A program made the translations under genes and the position numbers. The notes beneath the pieces are model-generated. The model did not search any database. It was not told the origin of the DNA and saw only the letters and a list, made by a program, of their open reading frames with translations. Positions 28,997-38,452 of a DNA stretch of 64,000 bases are shown piece by piece; positions within the stretch are counted from its first letter, which is position 1, and each line of letters starts with the position of its first letter. The stretch is taken from positions 1 through 64,000 of the forward strand of contig JANOAV010000161.1 in the NCBI GenBank assembly GCA_031411295.1, read 5' to 3'. This stretch comes from Verrucomicrobiales bacterium. GTDB taxonomy: Bacteria; Verrucomicrobiota; Verrucomicrobiia; Verrucomicrobiales; V1-33.

Positions 28997-30343
28997 CTAG
29001 GCCACGATTCCCTTGATGACCTCACCGCCGTCCACGATCTCGATCGGGCGCGGGCCTGGAGCCATGAGTTCCTTATCGGCATTGATGCCAAGTTGGTGAT
29101 AAACGGTGGTCATCAGGTCTTCCACCTTGACCGGATCCGTTTCGGGTTCCGTGGCCGTGGCATCCGTGCTGCCATAAACGTTGCCACGGGTGATCCCACC
29201 ACCGGCAATCATCGCTGACCAGACCCGGGCAAAGTGATCCCGACCTGCGGTGCCGTTGATCTTCGGCGTGCGACCGAATTCAGACGTCACCATGATCATC
29301 GTTGAATCCAGCAAACCACGTTCATCCAAGTCGCTAATCAACGCGGCCACCGCTTGATCCAGCGCAGGCATCATTTTCTTATTGGCATCCGCAATCCCCG
29401 AGTGGTGATCCCAACCATCGTAGGCCACGGTGACCACCCGCACGCCGGCTTCCACTAGCCGCCGCGCCAACAAGCAACGCTGCCCGGCCTGGTTGATGCC
29501 GTATTTCTCCACTGTGGCCGCAGACTCCTTGTTCATGTCGAACGCCTCGCGCGCTTTGGGACTGCTGACCATGGTATAAGCCTGCTGATAGAATTCATCC
29601 ATCGCCTCAATCATGTCCGAACGGGTATCCATCTGGCGTAAATGATCTTCCACCGCCACCCGGAGGCTCTTGCGACGATCGAAACGCTTCTCGTCCATCC
29701 CCTGCGGCATCGTTAGATCCCGCACTTTGAAATTTTTGCCACCAGCCGGATCGCTGCCCACGCCAAAGGCACCATACTTGGCGCTCAGGTGGCCCGTGCC
29801 CCCTTCGATCTTCGCATCCGGCACCCCGACATAGGCGGGCAGACCATCGCGCGGCCCAAACTCATGGGAGACCACCGAACCCAGGCTCGGGTGCTTGACC
29901 GCAGGACTTTGACGATACCCGGTAAACATCGTGTAAGTCGCGCGACCATGATCGGCTTCCTTTCCAGTCATGCTCCGCAGCAGGGTCACCTTATCCAGCA
30001 CCTTCGCCATGCAGGGGAGGTTCTCACTCAGCACCACGCCAGGCAGCGCAGTCTTCACCACCCCCAAGGGCCCGCGGTATTCCAAGGGAGCTTCTGGCTT
30101 CGGATCCCAACTCTCCTGAGCCGCCATGCCGCCGCCCAAGGTAATGTGAATAATGCTCTTGGCCTTGCCTTCCTTGCTCTCATAAAATTTCTGATCCGCC
30201 CGGGCGGATTCCATGCGCAACAACTCGCCCAAGCTCAGGCCCAGGCCGCCTAGAAAGCCGACCTTCAAGAAACTTCGACGACGTGTCAGGAAGTGAGCAG
30301 GGTCTTCGTGCCAAGTTAGGATATCTTTGTTGAGATGGTTCAT
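28997..30343 (-). CDS. DUF1501 family protein
   Basis: Tat-like RRSFLKVG; ESWDPKP, LLARRLVEAGVR, WDHH and EFGRTPKIN..GRDH motifs. Confidence 0.93.
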   Translation of the reverse strand: MNHLNKDILTWHEDPAHFLTRRRSFLKVGFLGGLGLSLGELLRMESARADQKFYESKEGKAKSIIHITLGGGMAAQESWDPKPEAPLEYRGPLGVVKTALPGVVLSENLPCMAKVLDKVTLLRSMTGKEADHGRATYTMFTGYRQSPAVKHPSLGSVVSHEFGPRDGLPAYVGVPDAKIEGGTGHLSAKYGAFGVGSDPAGGKNFKVRDLTMPQGMDEKRFDRRKSLRVAVEDHLRQMDTRSDMIEAMDEFYQQAYTMVSSPKAREAFDMNKESAATVEKYGINQAGQRCLLARRLVEAGVRVVTVAYDGWDHHSGIADANKKMMPALDQAVAALISDLDERGLLDSTMIMVTSEFGRTPKINGTAGRDHFARVWSAMIAGGGITRGNVYGSTDATATEPETDPVKVEDLMTTVYHQLGINADKELMAPGPRPIEIVDGGEVIKGIVA

Positions 30344-30458
30344 CGCGCGGGTAAATGGAATGGGTGAAATTGACAGATCCGTCAATAATCTAATTTAATG
30401 CGGAATTCACCTCCGTAAGTGCGGCATTTCGCGGAGGCGAATCCGTATTACGAATACG

Positions 30459-31556
30459 TTAGAATTTTACACTCAATCCCGCACTAACGCGGTCAATGTT
30501 CTGATAAGTCGGAGCGGTCTCCCCTTTCTGCCAGGAAACGAAAGCACTAATGCTTTCGGATTCGAGGTAGGGGCGGAATTCCGCACGCAGTTCTGTGAAG
30601 AAGTGGCTTTCGCCAAGATCCTCCACGGGATGCGCGCCCTTGATACTGCCGCTCAGGGTGACGCGGCCTTTGAACAGGCCAATCCCCGCGTGAAGGCCAT
30701 AGCACACGCACAGCGCGGAGTCCGCCGCCTCATCAATTGAGGCCCCATTGCTGAGATCGTTCAAGGCGGATTCCAGCGATACGGTGGGACGGATAAACGT
30801 GAAGGTGTCGTGGTCCCTGTTGGCTGCGCTGAGCGGTGCGGCCTTACTGGCGCTCTTGGCGTCCTCGGCATCCGCCACATCAAGGAATCCCTTGTAAAAC
30901 TGTCGGTTCCCCAGAGTGAAACCATTCTGCGCCAGGAAGCGTGGCTCCCAGTTGAGAATTAATTTCCACCCTTGGGTATCGTGCACGCCATCACGCTCGA
31001 AGACCGCTCCAAACTGCACTGGTTGTGGAGAATCCACCCAAGCCCCGCGCAACGTTAGCAAAGCGTAATAACGCTGGGTATTTTCCTCCTTGTCCGCCTC
31101 CATGGTGCTGCGATCATATTCCGCTCCAATACGGAAGAATGGAAGTTTATCCCCCATGGCACCGACGTAGGTGTCCAGCATCACGGTGGCATGAAGATCC
31201 ATCGTCGAGTCCTGCCCGGCATCCTTCTGATACAGAAATTCAGCGCCTGGAGTATCCTCATTGTCGAACTGGAAATCCTTGCGCACCCGCAGGCGTAAAT
31301 GCGTTTCCCCGGGCTCGGCCAGCAGCACGCGGTTCACCCCGAGGCGTAGGAATGAATTCGCCTCGTCTGGGCTGAAATTCACGGGTTCCACCATTCCTGA
31401 GAGGACCTGAGGGGTATTGGTGCCTAGCAACAGGCCGTGCTGGCGATCATGCGGCAGGCCGAATAACGTCTCGCTCTCCGCCGTTGCCAGAGTGGCCGCA
31501 GAGATAGTGGTTAGTGAAGAGAGTGATAGCGCAAGGAGCAATGGATGGAGTTTCAT
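30459..31556 (-). CDS. Putative outer-membrane beta-barrel protein
   Basis: Signal peptide, alternating beta-strand pattern in the C-terminal part, and terminal Phe (AGLSVKF). Confidence 0.6.
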   Translation of the reverse strand: MKLHPLLLALSLSSLTTISAATLATAESETLFGLPHDRQHGLLLGTNTPQVLSGMVEPVNFSPDEANSFLRLGVNRVLLAEPGETHLRLRVRKDFQFDNEDTPGAEFLYQKDAGQDSTMDLHATVMLDTYVGAMGDKLPFFRIGAEYDRSTMEADKEENTQRYYALLTLRGAWVDSPQPVQFGAVFERDGVHDTQGWKLILNWEPRFLAQNGFTLGNRQFYKGFLDVADAEDAKSASKAAPLSAANRDHDTFTFIRPTVSLESALNDLSNGASIDEAADSALCVCYGLHAGIGLFKGRVTLSGSIKGAHPVEDLGESHFFTELRAEFRPYLESESISAFVSWQKGETAPTYQNIDRVSAGLSVKF

Positions 31557-31579
31557 TAGGTATGGTATTATTGTGGTTG

Positions 31580-33691
31580 CTAGTGAGAAGGATTTAGTGC
31601 CTCGTCAAATTTATGGGCGAGAACCCGGCCCAACTCCCGATAGGCTGTGAAATCATCCTTGGAGAAGGAAAGATTGAAGGTGCTGGTGTGGGGGAATTTG
31701 TATGATTTGGCAGCATAATTTTTGAACCACGCATTCAGCGGCTGCGTCCGGCTGAGCGGCTTGTCGCTCTTGGGATCGCCTTTAAACTGTAGATTCTCTC
31801 CATCTCGTTCGCGCCAGCTCATTTTCACGTAGTGCAAGGTGATGGTCCGCCGACCCTTATTGATTTGGAGGGAAAAGACTGGTTCATCCTTCCACTGCGC
31901 GGGAGAACAGGTTGTTGGCCTGAGCTTACGCGCTTGGTCCATCCGCGCTTCCTCTGTATCGCCAACTTGATTGGGTCCGCGCAAGGATTTACTCAACTCG
32001 CAGCCCAACCTTTCCGCCACCGCTGGGCAATCCATTTGAAATGGAGCCAGGGGTTCCCCGCTGTTGGTCCAACCCTTCGCCTGCCAATGCCAACCATCCA
32101 CCGATAACAAGGCCAGCGCACGCTTCAGATCATCGAATTCATACTTTGGATCACACCCTGCATCGAACACCCACATCTGGGTTACCTGAGGCCGCAAGGA
32201 CATTGCGAAAATGCCGAGATTGTCGTAATGCCCTCCGTCCGTTAGGAATAAGGTATTGGATTCGGTGGTCGCACTGATACGGTCACTGGTAAATTCGCGC
32301 ATCCGATCTTTCAACGTTTCCTTCCATGTCCAAGCTCCTTGAGGCTGGCGTGGAACCTGCATGGCGAAGTTCCGATTATGATACCGCAAGTTCAGATTCA
32401 ACGGTGAAATGAGATAATCCAGCCAGGCAAAGGCAGGCTTTACAAAAGGAATTTTATGCTGGGTTCCCACTGGCGGCCAGACGTCCCGGTATCCAGCAGG
32501 AAGACCATTTTCAGCTGGTTTTGGGGTCGTTTCTGGAGGACGAATTTTGCCGAAGACACTTAGTGAATCAAAAGCAGCGCCTGACGCACTGACGGCAGCG
32601 TCAACATTTAGGGGTTTGGTGGGCCATGGCCACCACACCAGGCTGTGGGATTTCAATGTAGCCATGCCTCCTCCCAGTTCGTCCTTTGTAACGCTCTTCA
32701 CTGGAAAGCCAAAGTGCTTCGCTTCGATGTAACCTAGAAATGGGGCTCCACAGGAATCCCTACTGAACTCGAAGGGCAGCACATCAGGATCAGTCATGTT
32801 ATGTCCTGGCGGAGAGGCACACAACGAAGCACCGATTACCAAGTAGGGCGCAGGGCTGCCGTCTGGATTGATCTCATCCATGCGCACAGTGTGTGGTTTT
32901 CCTTTGAAAAAACCATCAAGATCGTCTTCCTGGCCGGGCAACTTCTCATGCGGTTTACGTAGGTAGGTCCAGCGCAGGAAGTTGTCATACATCAAGTTAG
33001 GATGAAAGGCATTGGACTTTCCTCTCGGAATCTTTAGATGCAATGCCACGTCCATCAGCGCATTCAACGGGGCCGTTAGACCGACCCACGCCAAATCCAA
33101 AGGAACGCGCCAGTTTTTCCGGCCAAAAACGAATCCCCGCCCATCCTCAAGTTGATCCACGGGTCCGAATTTCCCCGTTTGATTGAATTCCCACGAGCCG
33201 CGCTTTTCGGGCTGCATCAGTTGGGCGGGATCCGTGGTGTAGTCGATTTCGCTTTTATGTTGCAGCGGCCAATGTGTGCTGGAGACCGTCCGTTCTCCCG
33301 ACTCTGGTTTCAGCAAATGAGAAACATACCAAGCCCCGGTGTAAGCCCCGCCGGAAGCGCAACTGATGTAGTCTGCTTTTTTCAACAGCCCTTTCTCCTG
33401 CAAACCCTGTAGCACGCCGATCTGCACCGTCGCGCTCCGCTCCCCGCCACCAGAAAGACACAGCGCAATCGCCTCCCATCCCTGCTTGACCTCCAGACCT
33501 ACTGCCTTGCGTCGTTTCGCAATGTAAGCTGCCTCTGCGTCGAACCTTGGCATAGCGCTGATGGGGGCCTGCCAAGTGGTTCCCCCTTGGGCGTTGGGTT
33601 TTTGCGGGTCGGTTGGCAATGAGCGTTTGGTCGTGCCACAGGAGGCGAGAACGCTAACGGCCAATGTTGTTGGGATGCGAAGATTTTTCAT
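31580..33691 (-). CDS. Patatin/cPLA2-like phospholipase, predicted lipoprotein
   Basis: Lipobox LASC; oxyanion LSGGGERS; nucleophile YISCASGG; catalytic Asp LTDGGHYDNLG. Confidence 0.82.
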   Translation of the reverse strand: MKNLRIPTTLAVSVLASCGTTKRSLPTDPQKPNAQGGTTWQAPISAMPRFDAEAAYIAKRRKAVGLEVKQGWEAIALCLSGGGERSATVQIGVLQGLQEKGLLKKADYISCASGGAYTGAWYVSHLLKPESGERTVSSTHWPLQHKSEIDYTTDPAQLMQPEKRGSWEFNQTGKFGPVDQLEDGRGFVFGRKNWRVPLDLAWVGLTAPLNALMDVALHLKIPRGKSNAFHPNLMYDNFLRWTYLRKPHEKLPGQEDDLDGFFKGKPHTVRMDEINPDGSPAPYLVIGASLCASPPGHNMTDPDVLPFEFSRDSCGAPFLGYIEAKHFGFPVKSVTKDELGGGMATLKSHSLVWWPWPTKPLNVDAAVSASGAAFDSLSVFGKIRPPETTPKPAENGLPAGYRDVWPPVGTQHKIPFVKPAFAWLDYLISPLNLNLRYHNRNFAMQVPRQPQGAWTWKETLKDRMREFTSDRISATTESNTLFLTDGGHYDNLGIFAMSLRPQVTQMWVFDAGCDPKYEFDDLKRALALLSVDGWHWQAKGWTNSGEPLAPFQMDCPAVAERLGCELSKSLRGPNQVGDTEEARMDQARKLRPTTCSPAQWKDEPVFSLQINKGRRTITLHYVKMSWRERDGENLQFKGDPKSDKPLSRTQPLNAWFKNYAAKSYKFPHTSTFNLSFSKDDFTAYRELGRVLAHKFDEALNPSH

Positions 33692-33733
33692 AGTTCGTTT
33701 ACAGGCTTGATATTTTGGTGAAATGTTAGTAGG

Positions 33734-35479
33734 TTACAGTGTTTTGAGATATTCTAGGAGGGCGAGTCGATCGGCTTCAGATATTTTTGTGCCGTATTCG
33801 TGGCCAGTGTTGTAATTTCCTGAGAGCTTAGTGTCGAAGAGGAACCCGCCGGGCGTGGCAGTGGTTTCGTAGCCCACGTGCGCGGCATCATATTCCCGGC
33901 TCCCGAGCCAGAATTTCTGAGGCCGCTGGGACGCGGGCAAGAGCAGATCATAGAGGGTGGGGACGGATCCGTTATGCAGAAATGGTGCGGTGGCCCAAAT
34001 CCCATCCAGCGGCCGTGCCCGATATTTTAATGGCGTGGCTTTATCGGCGGTAAATTGGTCTGCTATCAACGCATCCGCATCGGTGGATTCAAAAACGCCG
34101 TCGGTTGCCAGGGGGACTCTCCGGGTTGTGGAATCGATTTTCTTATGCTCTAATTTGCCCACCAGCGCCCGGCCGACGGTGTCTGCCGTGATCGTGGCCA
34201 CCGACTCGCGGTCACCGTAAGTTTCATCCCCCACGAGGATCTTCTTTCTAGCCCCCTTGAGGATGCCTGTAGGGGCCATGCTATCCCTAATCAGGGCTGC
34301 CGCCTTGGGGTCGGTATGCACGCCTTTCTCAGCGCCAACGTCTTCCACAGGAGTCAGCACTGAGAAGAAACTATGAGCCAGGGGAAATGGATTCACGTTT
34401 CTATGGCAGCCAACGCAGTGTTCCGCAAACAGCTCTTTGCCGTGCGGCAGCAGTTTGGCATCGGGGGTTCCGAACACCGAATTAGGCCAAGCGGGCGCAC
34501 TCAAACCTCGGAGGCGTCTTTCCAATCCGCGCAAATTGTGAAAGTTAGCCGAGGTGGCATAACCAATGGGAGGGCGCCTGGTGGTGTTATCCACAGAGGC
34601 GAAGACGCCAATCACTTCCCCCACATTGCGCGCCAAGGATCCCACTAATCCATTCTTCGCACTGCCGGTCCATTGCACTGAGTCCGCCCGTGGCGTATCC
34701 CACAGAAATGGGAAACTAACAGGAGCGTTCGGCACCACGTGATGCGGTGATTCAACAATCGTGAGGGCACGATTGAAAATGCGGCCAAACGCATCCAAGC
34801 GGCCGAAACCATATGGCACATCGGATTGATTCAAATGAACGTAAGCCCCGCCCACGCGACTGACGCGGCCCAGAGACTCCCGCAGGGAGGTTCGTGTGGC
34901 TTGAGTCTGGGCCCGTTCACCGAGCACTTTCTTGGCGAAGCGATCAAATTTTGATGTCTGCTGCAAGGTTGCGTTCACCGAATCTAACAAACCACTCATC
35001 AGCGCATCAAAATCCGCCAGCGAGGGGCCGCCATCGATCCGCAGAGATTTTCCGCGATAGTCAATCTGGCCGGTGTGGCACGCCGCGCAAGTGAACCCCA
35101 GCGAACGTGGATCTGACAGCAGCCCAGCGTCTGCCACCAAGGTGCCAGAATCCGGCACGAAGCCCACTGGCAGCCCCTCTGGATTGCGGGGACTAGGCGT
35201 TTGCGGAAGGCAGCGGTATTTTCTAATGTTAGTGGAATCATTGAATGGCGCCGTATTTCCAGACTGCTCCAGTGCCAGGTAATACTGCAATGGCATGAGT
35301 TGCGAGCCCTGGGTGGTGGTATAGAACCACTCACTGTCAGAGGTGGACCATCCTTGGCTAAGGGAAATGACGCCCGGGGAACTGGGGACAGGAGTTAACG
35401 ACTGAAAAGTGGAACGGAACGAGGTGCAAGCTACCAAGGCTGCGGTGAATGGAAGCAGGATGAGAAAGAGGCGTTTCAT
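33734..35479 (-). CDS. Di-heme cytochrome c protein of the RoxA/CCP-like superfamily, predicted lipoprotein
   Basis: Lipobox LVAC; heme motifs CAACH and CVGCH; GRLDAF, YRARPLDGIWATAPFLHNGSVPTL and NTGHEYG motifs. Confidence 0.88.
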   Translation of the reverse strand: MKRLFLILLPFTAALVACTSFRSTFQSLTPVPSSPGVISLSQGWSTSDSEWFYTTTQGSQLMPLQYYLALEQSGNTAPFNDSTNIRKYRCLPQTPSPRNPEGLPVGFVPDSGTLVADAGLLSDPRSLGFTCAACHTGQIDYRGKSLRIDGGPSLADFDALMSGLLDSVNATLQQTSKFDRFAKKVLGERAQTQATRTSLRESLGRVSRVGGAYVHLNQSDVPYGFGRLDAFGRIFNRALTIVESPHHVVPNAPVSFPFLWDTPRADSVQWTGSAKNGLVGSLARNVGEVIGVFASVDNTTRRPPIGYATSANFHNLRGLERRLRGLSAPAWPNSVFGTPDAKLLPHGKELFAEHCVGCHRNVNPFPLAHSFFSVLTPVEDVGAEKGVHTDPKAAALIRDSMAPTGILKGARKKILVGDETYGDRESVATITADTVGRALVGKLEHKKIDSTTRRVPLATDGVFESTDADALIADQFTADKATPLKYRARPLDGIWATAPFLHNGSVPTLYDLLLPASQRPQKFWLGSREYDAAHVGYETTATPGGFLFDTKLSGNYNTGHEYGTKISEADRLALLEYLKTL

Positions 35480-35530
35480 GTTCGGGTATAGCTAGTGAAA
35501 TTGACTTGAATCGGGTCTGGATCTAGGAAG

Positions 35531-36868
35531 CTACGGATTCGGAGCAGGGTAATGTTGATTGATGTAATCGGCCGATTCCGCTGCCTCATTGGCCGCGCGT
35601 TGAGAAACGGTGGGCTGGAATCCTTCTGGGGCATTGGCTGTCCCTTGGAAATTGAAACCCCAACCGAAATTTCTGAAATTCCAGCGATCCATTGGCAGCA
35701 TGCTGGGAGCCACTTCAGAAATACCTGCCGGTATGGCATAGGCAGTGCCAAACTGTGAACTTAGGCCGGGAATGAGCAGGCGACGCGTTGTTTCCGTGTG
35801 ACAACTAACACAGTCTGTGGAGCGCGTATTGACGATCTTGGGGTTCGCCACGATGTCTGGAATGTCCCGCATTTGCCAATGACCTGTGGCGGGATCCGTG
35901 GCGTTAGGGAACAACGGCTTCTGGAATTGATTCTGTGGCAGCGTGGGAAACAACGCAGCCGTGCTAGTGGATGGAAGCGAGAGGGCAGGCCCCATGGCAG
36001 GCAGCACCTTCCCCTTCCCGCCGGGAAGGAAGCTAATCACTTCACTCAACGGTCCCGCTGGCGTGAAATTGCCACTGATGCCAGTGCGGTTGACCTTGTT
36101 ATTGACGGTATCCACGGACACTTTGAAGAATACCCATGGCTCAAAGGCTCCAGGAATCCCCATAAACGAAATGGCCCCCGCTTGATGCGAGTCCAAGTGG
36201 GGACTCGAAAGATGTTTCCGGATGAGTTCCCGCAATTTTCCAGTGAGCACTGCGGGATTGGGCGCGAAGCCCGGGTGCACCTGCAATTTGCTTTGCTCAG
36301 GACTCAACGTTAGGTTCAGGCTCCGTTTGATCTCCCGCACATCCGCCAGAATGGCACCGAAGGCCGCACGGTCTGGTTTCACGGGCTGATCCGGTTGCAA
36401 AGGCATCACGTAATTGAAGACCACGTGGATCGTAAAATCATGCACCTCCACATCGTTTCCGCTGGTCGTGACTGGCTGCACAATCAAGCGCACACCCGGG
36501 ACCTCCGCCTGAGCCAAGGCTGCAGGGTGGCTTCCCAGCGCAGTGGGATTGATTCTGATCCCGGCAATTTTCCAGTGCTTCGGATCCTTGAATTGATCAT
36601 CCGGGAAGCTGATGCCATCAACAGAAACGGCCTCCGCCATCAACGCCTTGAAAAGACCGTCTGACATAATCGGGCCGTCCGCCGCTTGATCCGCTAGAGA
36701 GATCAGGGCATCTGCCTCTGCGGCACTCTGCGGCACCGGCCATAGGAAAGACACATCATTGACGTCCAAACTTCCGGCCTTCAGGTTCGTTCCGGTTGCG
36801 AACAAACCTAGCATTGTCATGAAGGATTTAAGGATCAGGGTTATCGGGCGACGGGCAATGTTGTGCAT
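35531..36868 (-). CDS. Secreted monoheme (CxxCH) hypothetical protein
   Basis: Signal-like N-terminus, LDVNDVSFLWP, CVSCH near the C-terminus, and NFRNFGW. Confidence 0.7.
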   Translation of the reverse strand: MHNIARRPITLILKSFMTMLGLFATGTNLKAGSLDVNDVSFLWPVPQSAAEADALISLADQAADGPIMSDGLFKALMAEAVSVDGISFPDDQFKDPKHWKIAGIRINPTALGSHPAALAQAEVPGVRLIVQPVTTSGNDVEVHDFTIHVVFNYVMPLQPDQPVKPDRAAFGAILADVREIKRSLNLTLSPEQSKLQVHPGFAPNPAVLTGKLRELIRKHLSSPHLDSHQAGAISFMGIPGAFEPWVFFKVSVDTVNNKVNRTGISGNFTPAGPLSEVISFLPGGKGKVLPAMGPALSLPSTSTAALFPTLPQNQFQKPLFPNATDPATGHWQMRDIPDIVANPKIVNTRSTDCVSCHTETTRRLLIPGLSSQFGTAYAIPAGISEVAPSMLPMDRWNFRNFGWGFNFQGTANAPEGFQPTVSQRAANEAAESADYINQHYPAPNP

Positions 36869-37069
36869 AGCAATATGGATGGTAAGATTTATCTAATCGA
36901 AATAAGCCCCAGACTTGAGGCCTCCTTGATAATTCGGGATTTCTTGAAAAACGTTACAAAATATCTTGCTCGGACCACAGAATTTGCTGAATGCATGCCA
37001 AACGGAAGCCGGTTATCTCCGTGGATGCGGGGGTGCCCAAAATGCAAATTCCAGGGCAGAATCGACGTC

Positions 37070-37858
37070 ATGATTAGATTTGCCTTCCACAGTTACCTGC
37101 TTGCTCTTGTTTCCTGCTGCCTTGTTACCACTGCTTCAGCCGATGTCGGCGTCGGAGCCAAGCCGTTGCCAGGAGCGGAAGTGATTATCGACGGCACCAA
37201 GGAAATGTTGGATGCCAAATGGATCTACTGGGAAGGGCCCGGCTTCAAATCCGCCATGCCGATCAAATGGAAGATCGTGGATGATCCCGTGGATGCCGGC
37301 AAGACCGCCCTCATGACCGACGATCGCGTGGCCGACGGCGGGAAATATGGCTCCGCAGACATCGTCACCAAAAAGGAATATCGCGACTTCCGGCTGCACA
37401 TCGAATTTCTGGTGATGAAGCCCGGTGGCAACAGTGGCGTTTACCTCCAGAATCGTTACGAAATCCAGATCGTGGATGGCCAGAAGGATTCCCACGGGAT
37501 GGGCGCGGTGATCAATGAAACGCCCTCTCCCTACGACTCCTACCTCGGCATCGGAAAATGGAATTCCTACGACATCAACTTCCGGGCGGCTCGATTCAAG
37601 GACGGCAAACTCACCGAGAAGGCGCAAGTCACCATTTACTTCAACGGTAAAAAGGTCCACCTCAACCAATCCATCAACCAAGTCTGGGGCGGCCCCAAAT
37701 CTGGCATGGACGGCGGCAACGACGGCGGTAAAGGCATCACCGACAAGCCCGGCGGCCTCAAACTCCAGTGCGAAGGCCACGACGTGCGCTACCGCAATGC
37801 TTGGATCCTGGAGACCGACCTCAAGGAAGCCAAGACCGACTTTTCCGACAAAGAATAG
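37070..37858 (+). CDS. DUF1080 (3-keto-disaccharide hydrolase) family protein
   Basis: DFRLHIEF, GNSGVYLQNRYEIQI, WNSYDI.F and LQCEGHDVRYRN motifs. Confidence 0.92.
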   Translation: MIRFAFHSYLLALVSCCLVTTASADVGVGAKPLPGAEVIIDGTKEMLDAKWIYWEGPGFKSAMPIKWKIVDDPVDAGKTALMTDDRVADGGKYGSADIVTKKEYRDFRLHIEFLVMKPGGNSGVYLQNRYEIQIVDGQKDSHGMGAVINETPSPYDSYLGIGKWNSYDINFRAARFKDGKLTEKAQVTIYFNGKKVHLNQSINQVWGGPKSGMDGGNDGGKGITDKPGGLKLQCEGHDVRYRNAWILETDLKEAKTDFSDKE

Positions 37859-37991
37859 GCCGCCGCAGGAAAAGCAGGTGGCAGCAGTCCGCTGGACTGC
37901 GCAACAGCAGCCCATGCGATTGACAAGGAAACTCATGACATGTTCGTGAGCTTGGCTCCTCTCCGCTCCGCACAGGGCCAACATTTCCTGC

Positions 37992-38156
37992 ATGCAAAAC
38001 CACCGCTTCACCCTCGTCTTCCTTCTCATCCTGCTGCTGGTGGTTCCACTCTGCCTGATCATGCTGCCGCTGGCAGGACTGGGAATCGGCCTGCTGTTTG
38101 GAGTGATCCTCTGCAGCCTGGCCGTCTTCCTTTACCGCTGGAAGATGGGGCCCTGA
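37992..38156 (+). CDS. Small two-TM membrane protein (54 aa), absent from the ORF track
   Basis: MQNHRFTLVFLLILLLVVPLCLIMLPLAGLGIGLLFGVILCSLAVFLYRWKMGP*. Confidence 0.5.
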   Translation: MQNHRFTLVFLLILLLVVPLCLIMLPLAGLGIGLLFGVILCSLAVFLYRWKMGP

Positions 38157-38314
38157 ACTGATTTACAAACCTGCTGGTCACGAGAACGACCTTGTCGGCG
38201 TGAGGCTCTCGCTGCGTGAAGAACGACCCCAAGCTCAGCGCAGGCGTCCAGAAAGTCAGCGCAATAATCGCAGCGCAGGCGACACCAAGCAACTGGCAGA
38301 GAGTCCCTGCTGAG

Positions 38315-38442
38315 CACCAACTTCAAAGAGCACACAATCCTATCAGCGGGAGCGCACTTCGATCACGGGTTTTGGGGTTGAATTACGGAGGAGCATGTAA
38401 ACAGAGCGGCTGATAGGTTGCTGTGTCTCGACCCGATTCTGC
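38315..38442 (-). mobile_element. Degenerate integron attC-like site
   Basis: Starts 10 bp after the stop of 38453-39904. Minus strand GCAGAAT ... GAGACACAGCAACCTATCAGC ... GCTGATAGGATTGTGTGCTC ... GTTGGTG forms an imperfect 128-bp palindrome with bulges. Confidence 0.65.
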
Positions 38443-38452
38443 GTCTTGGTTT

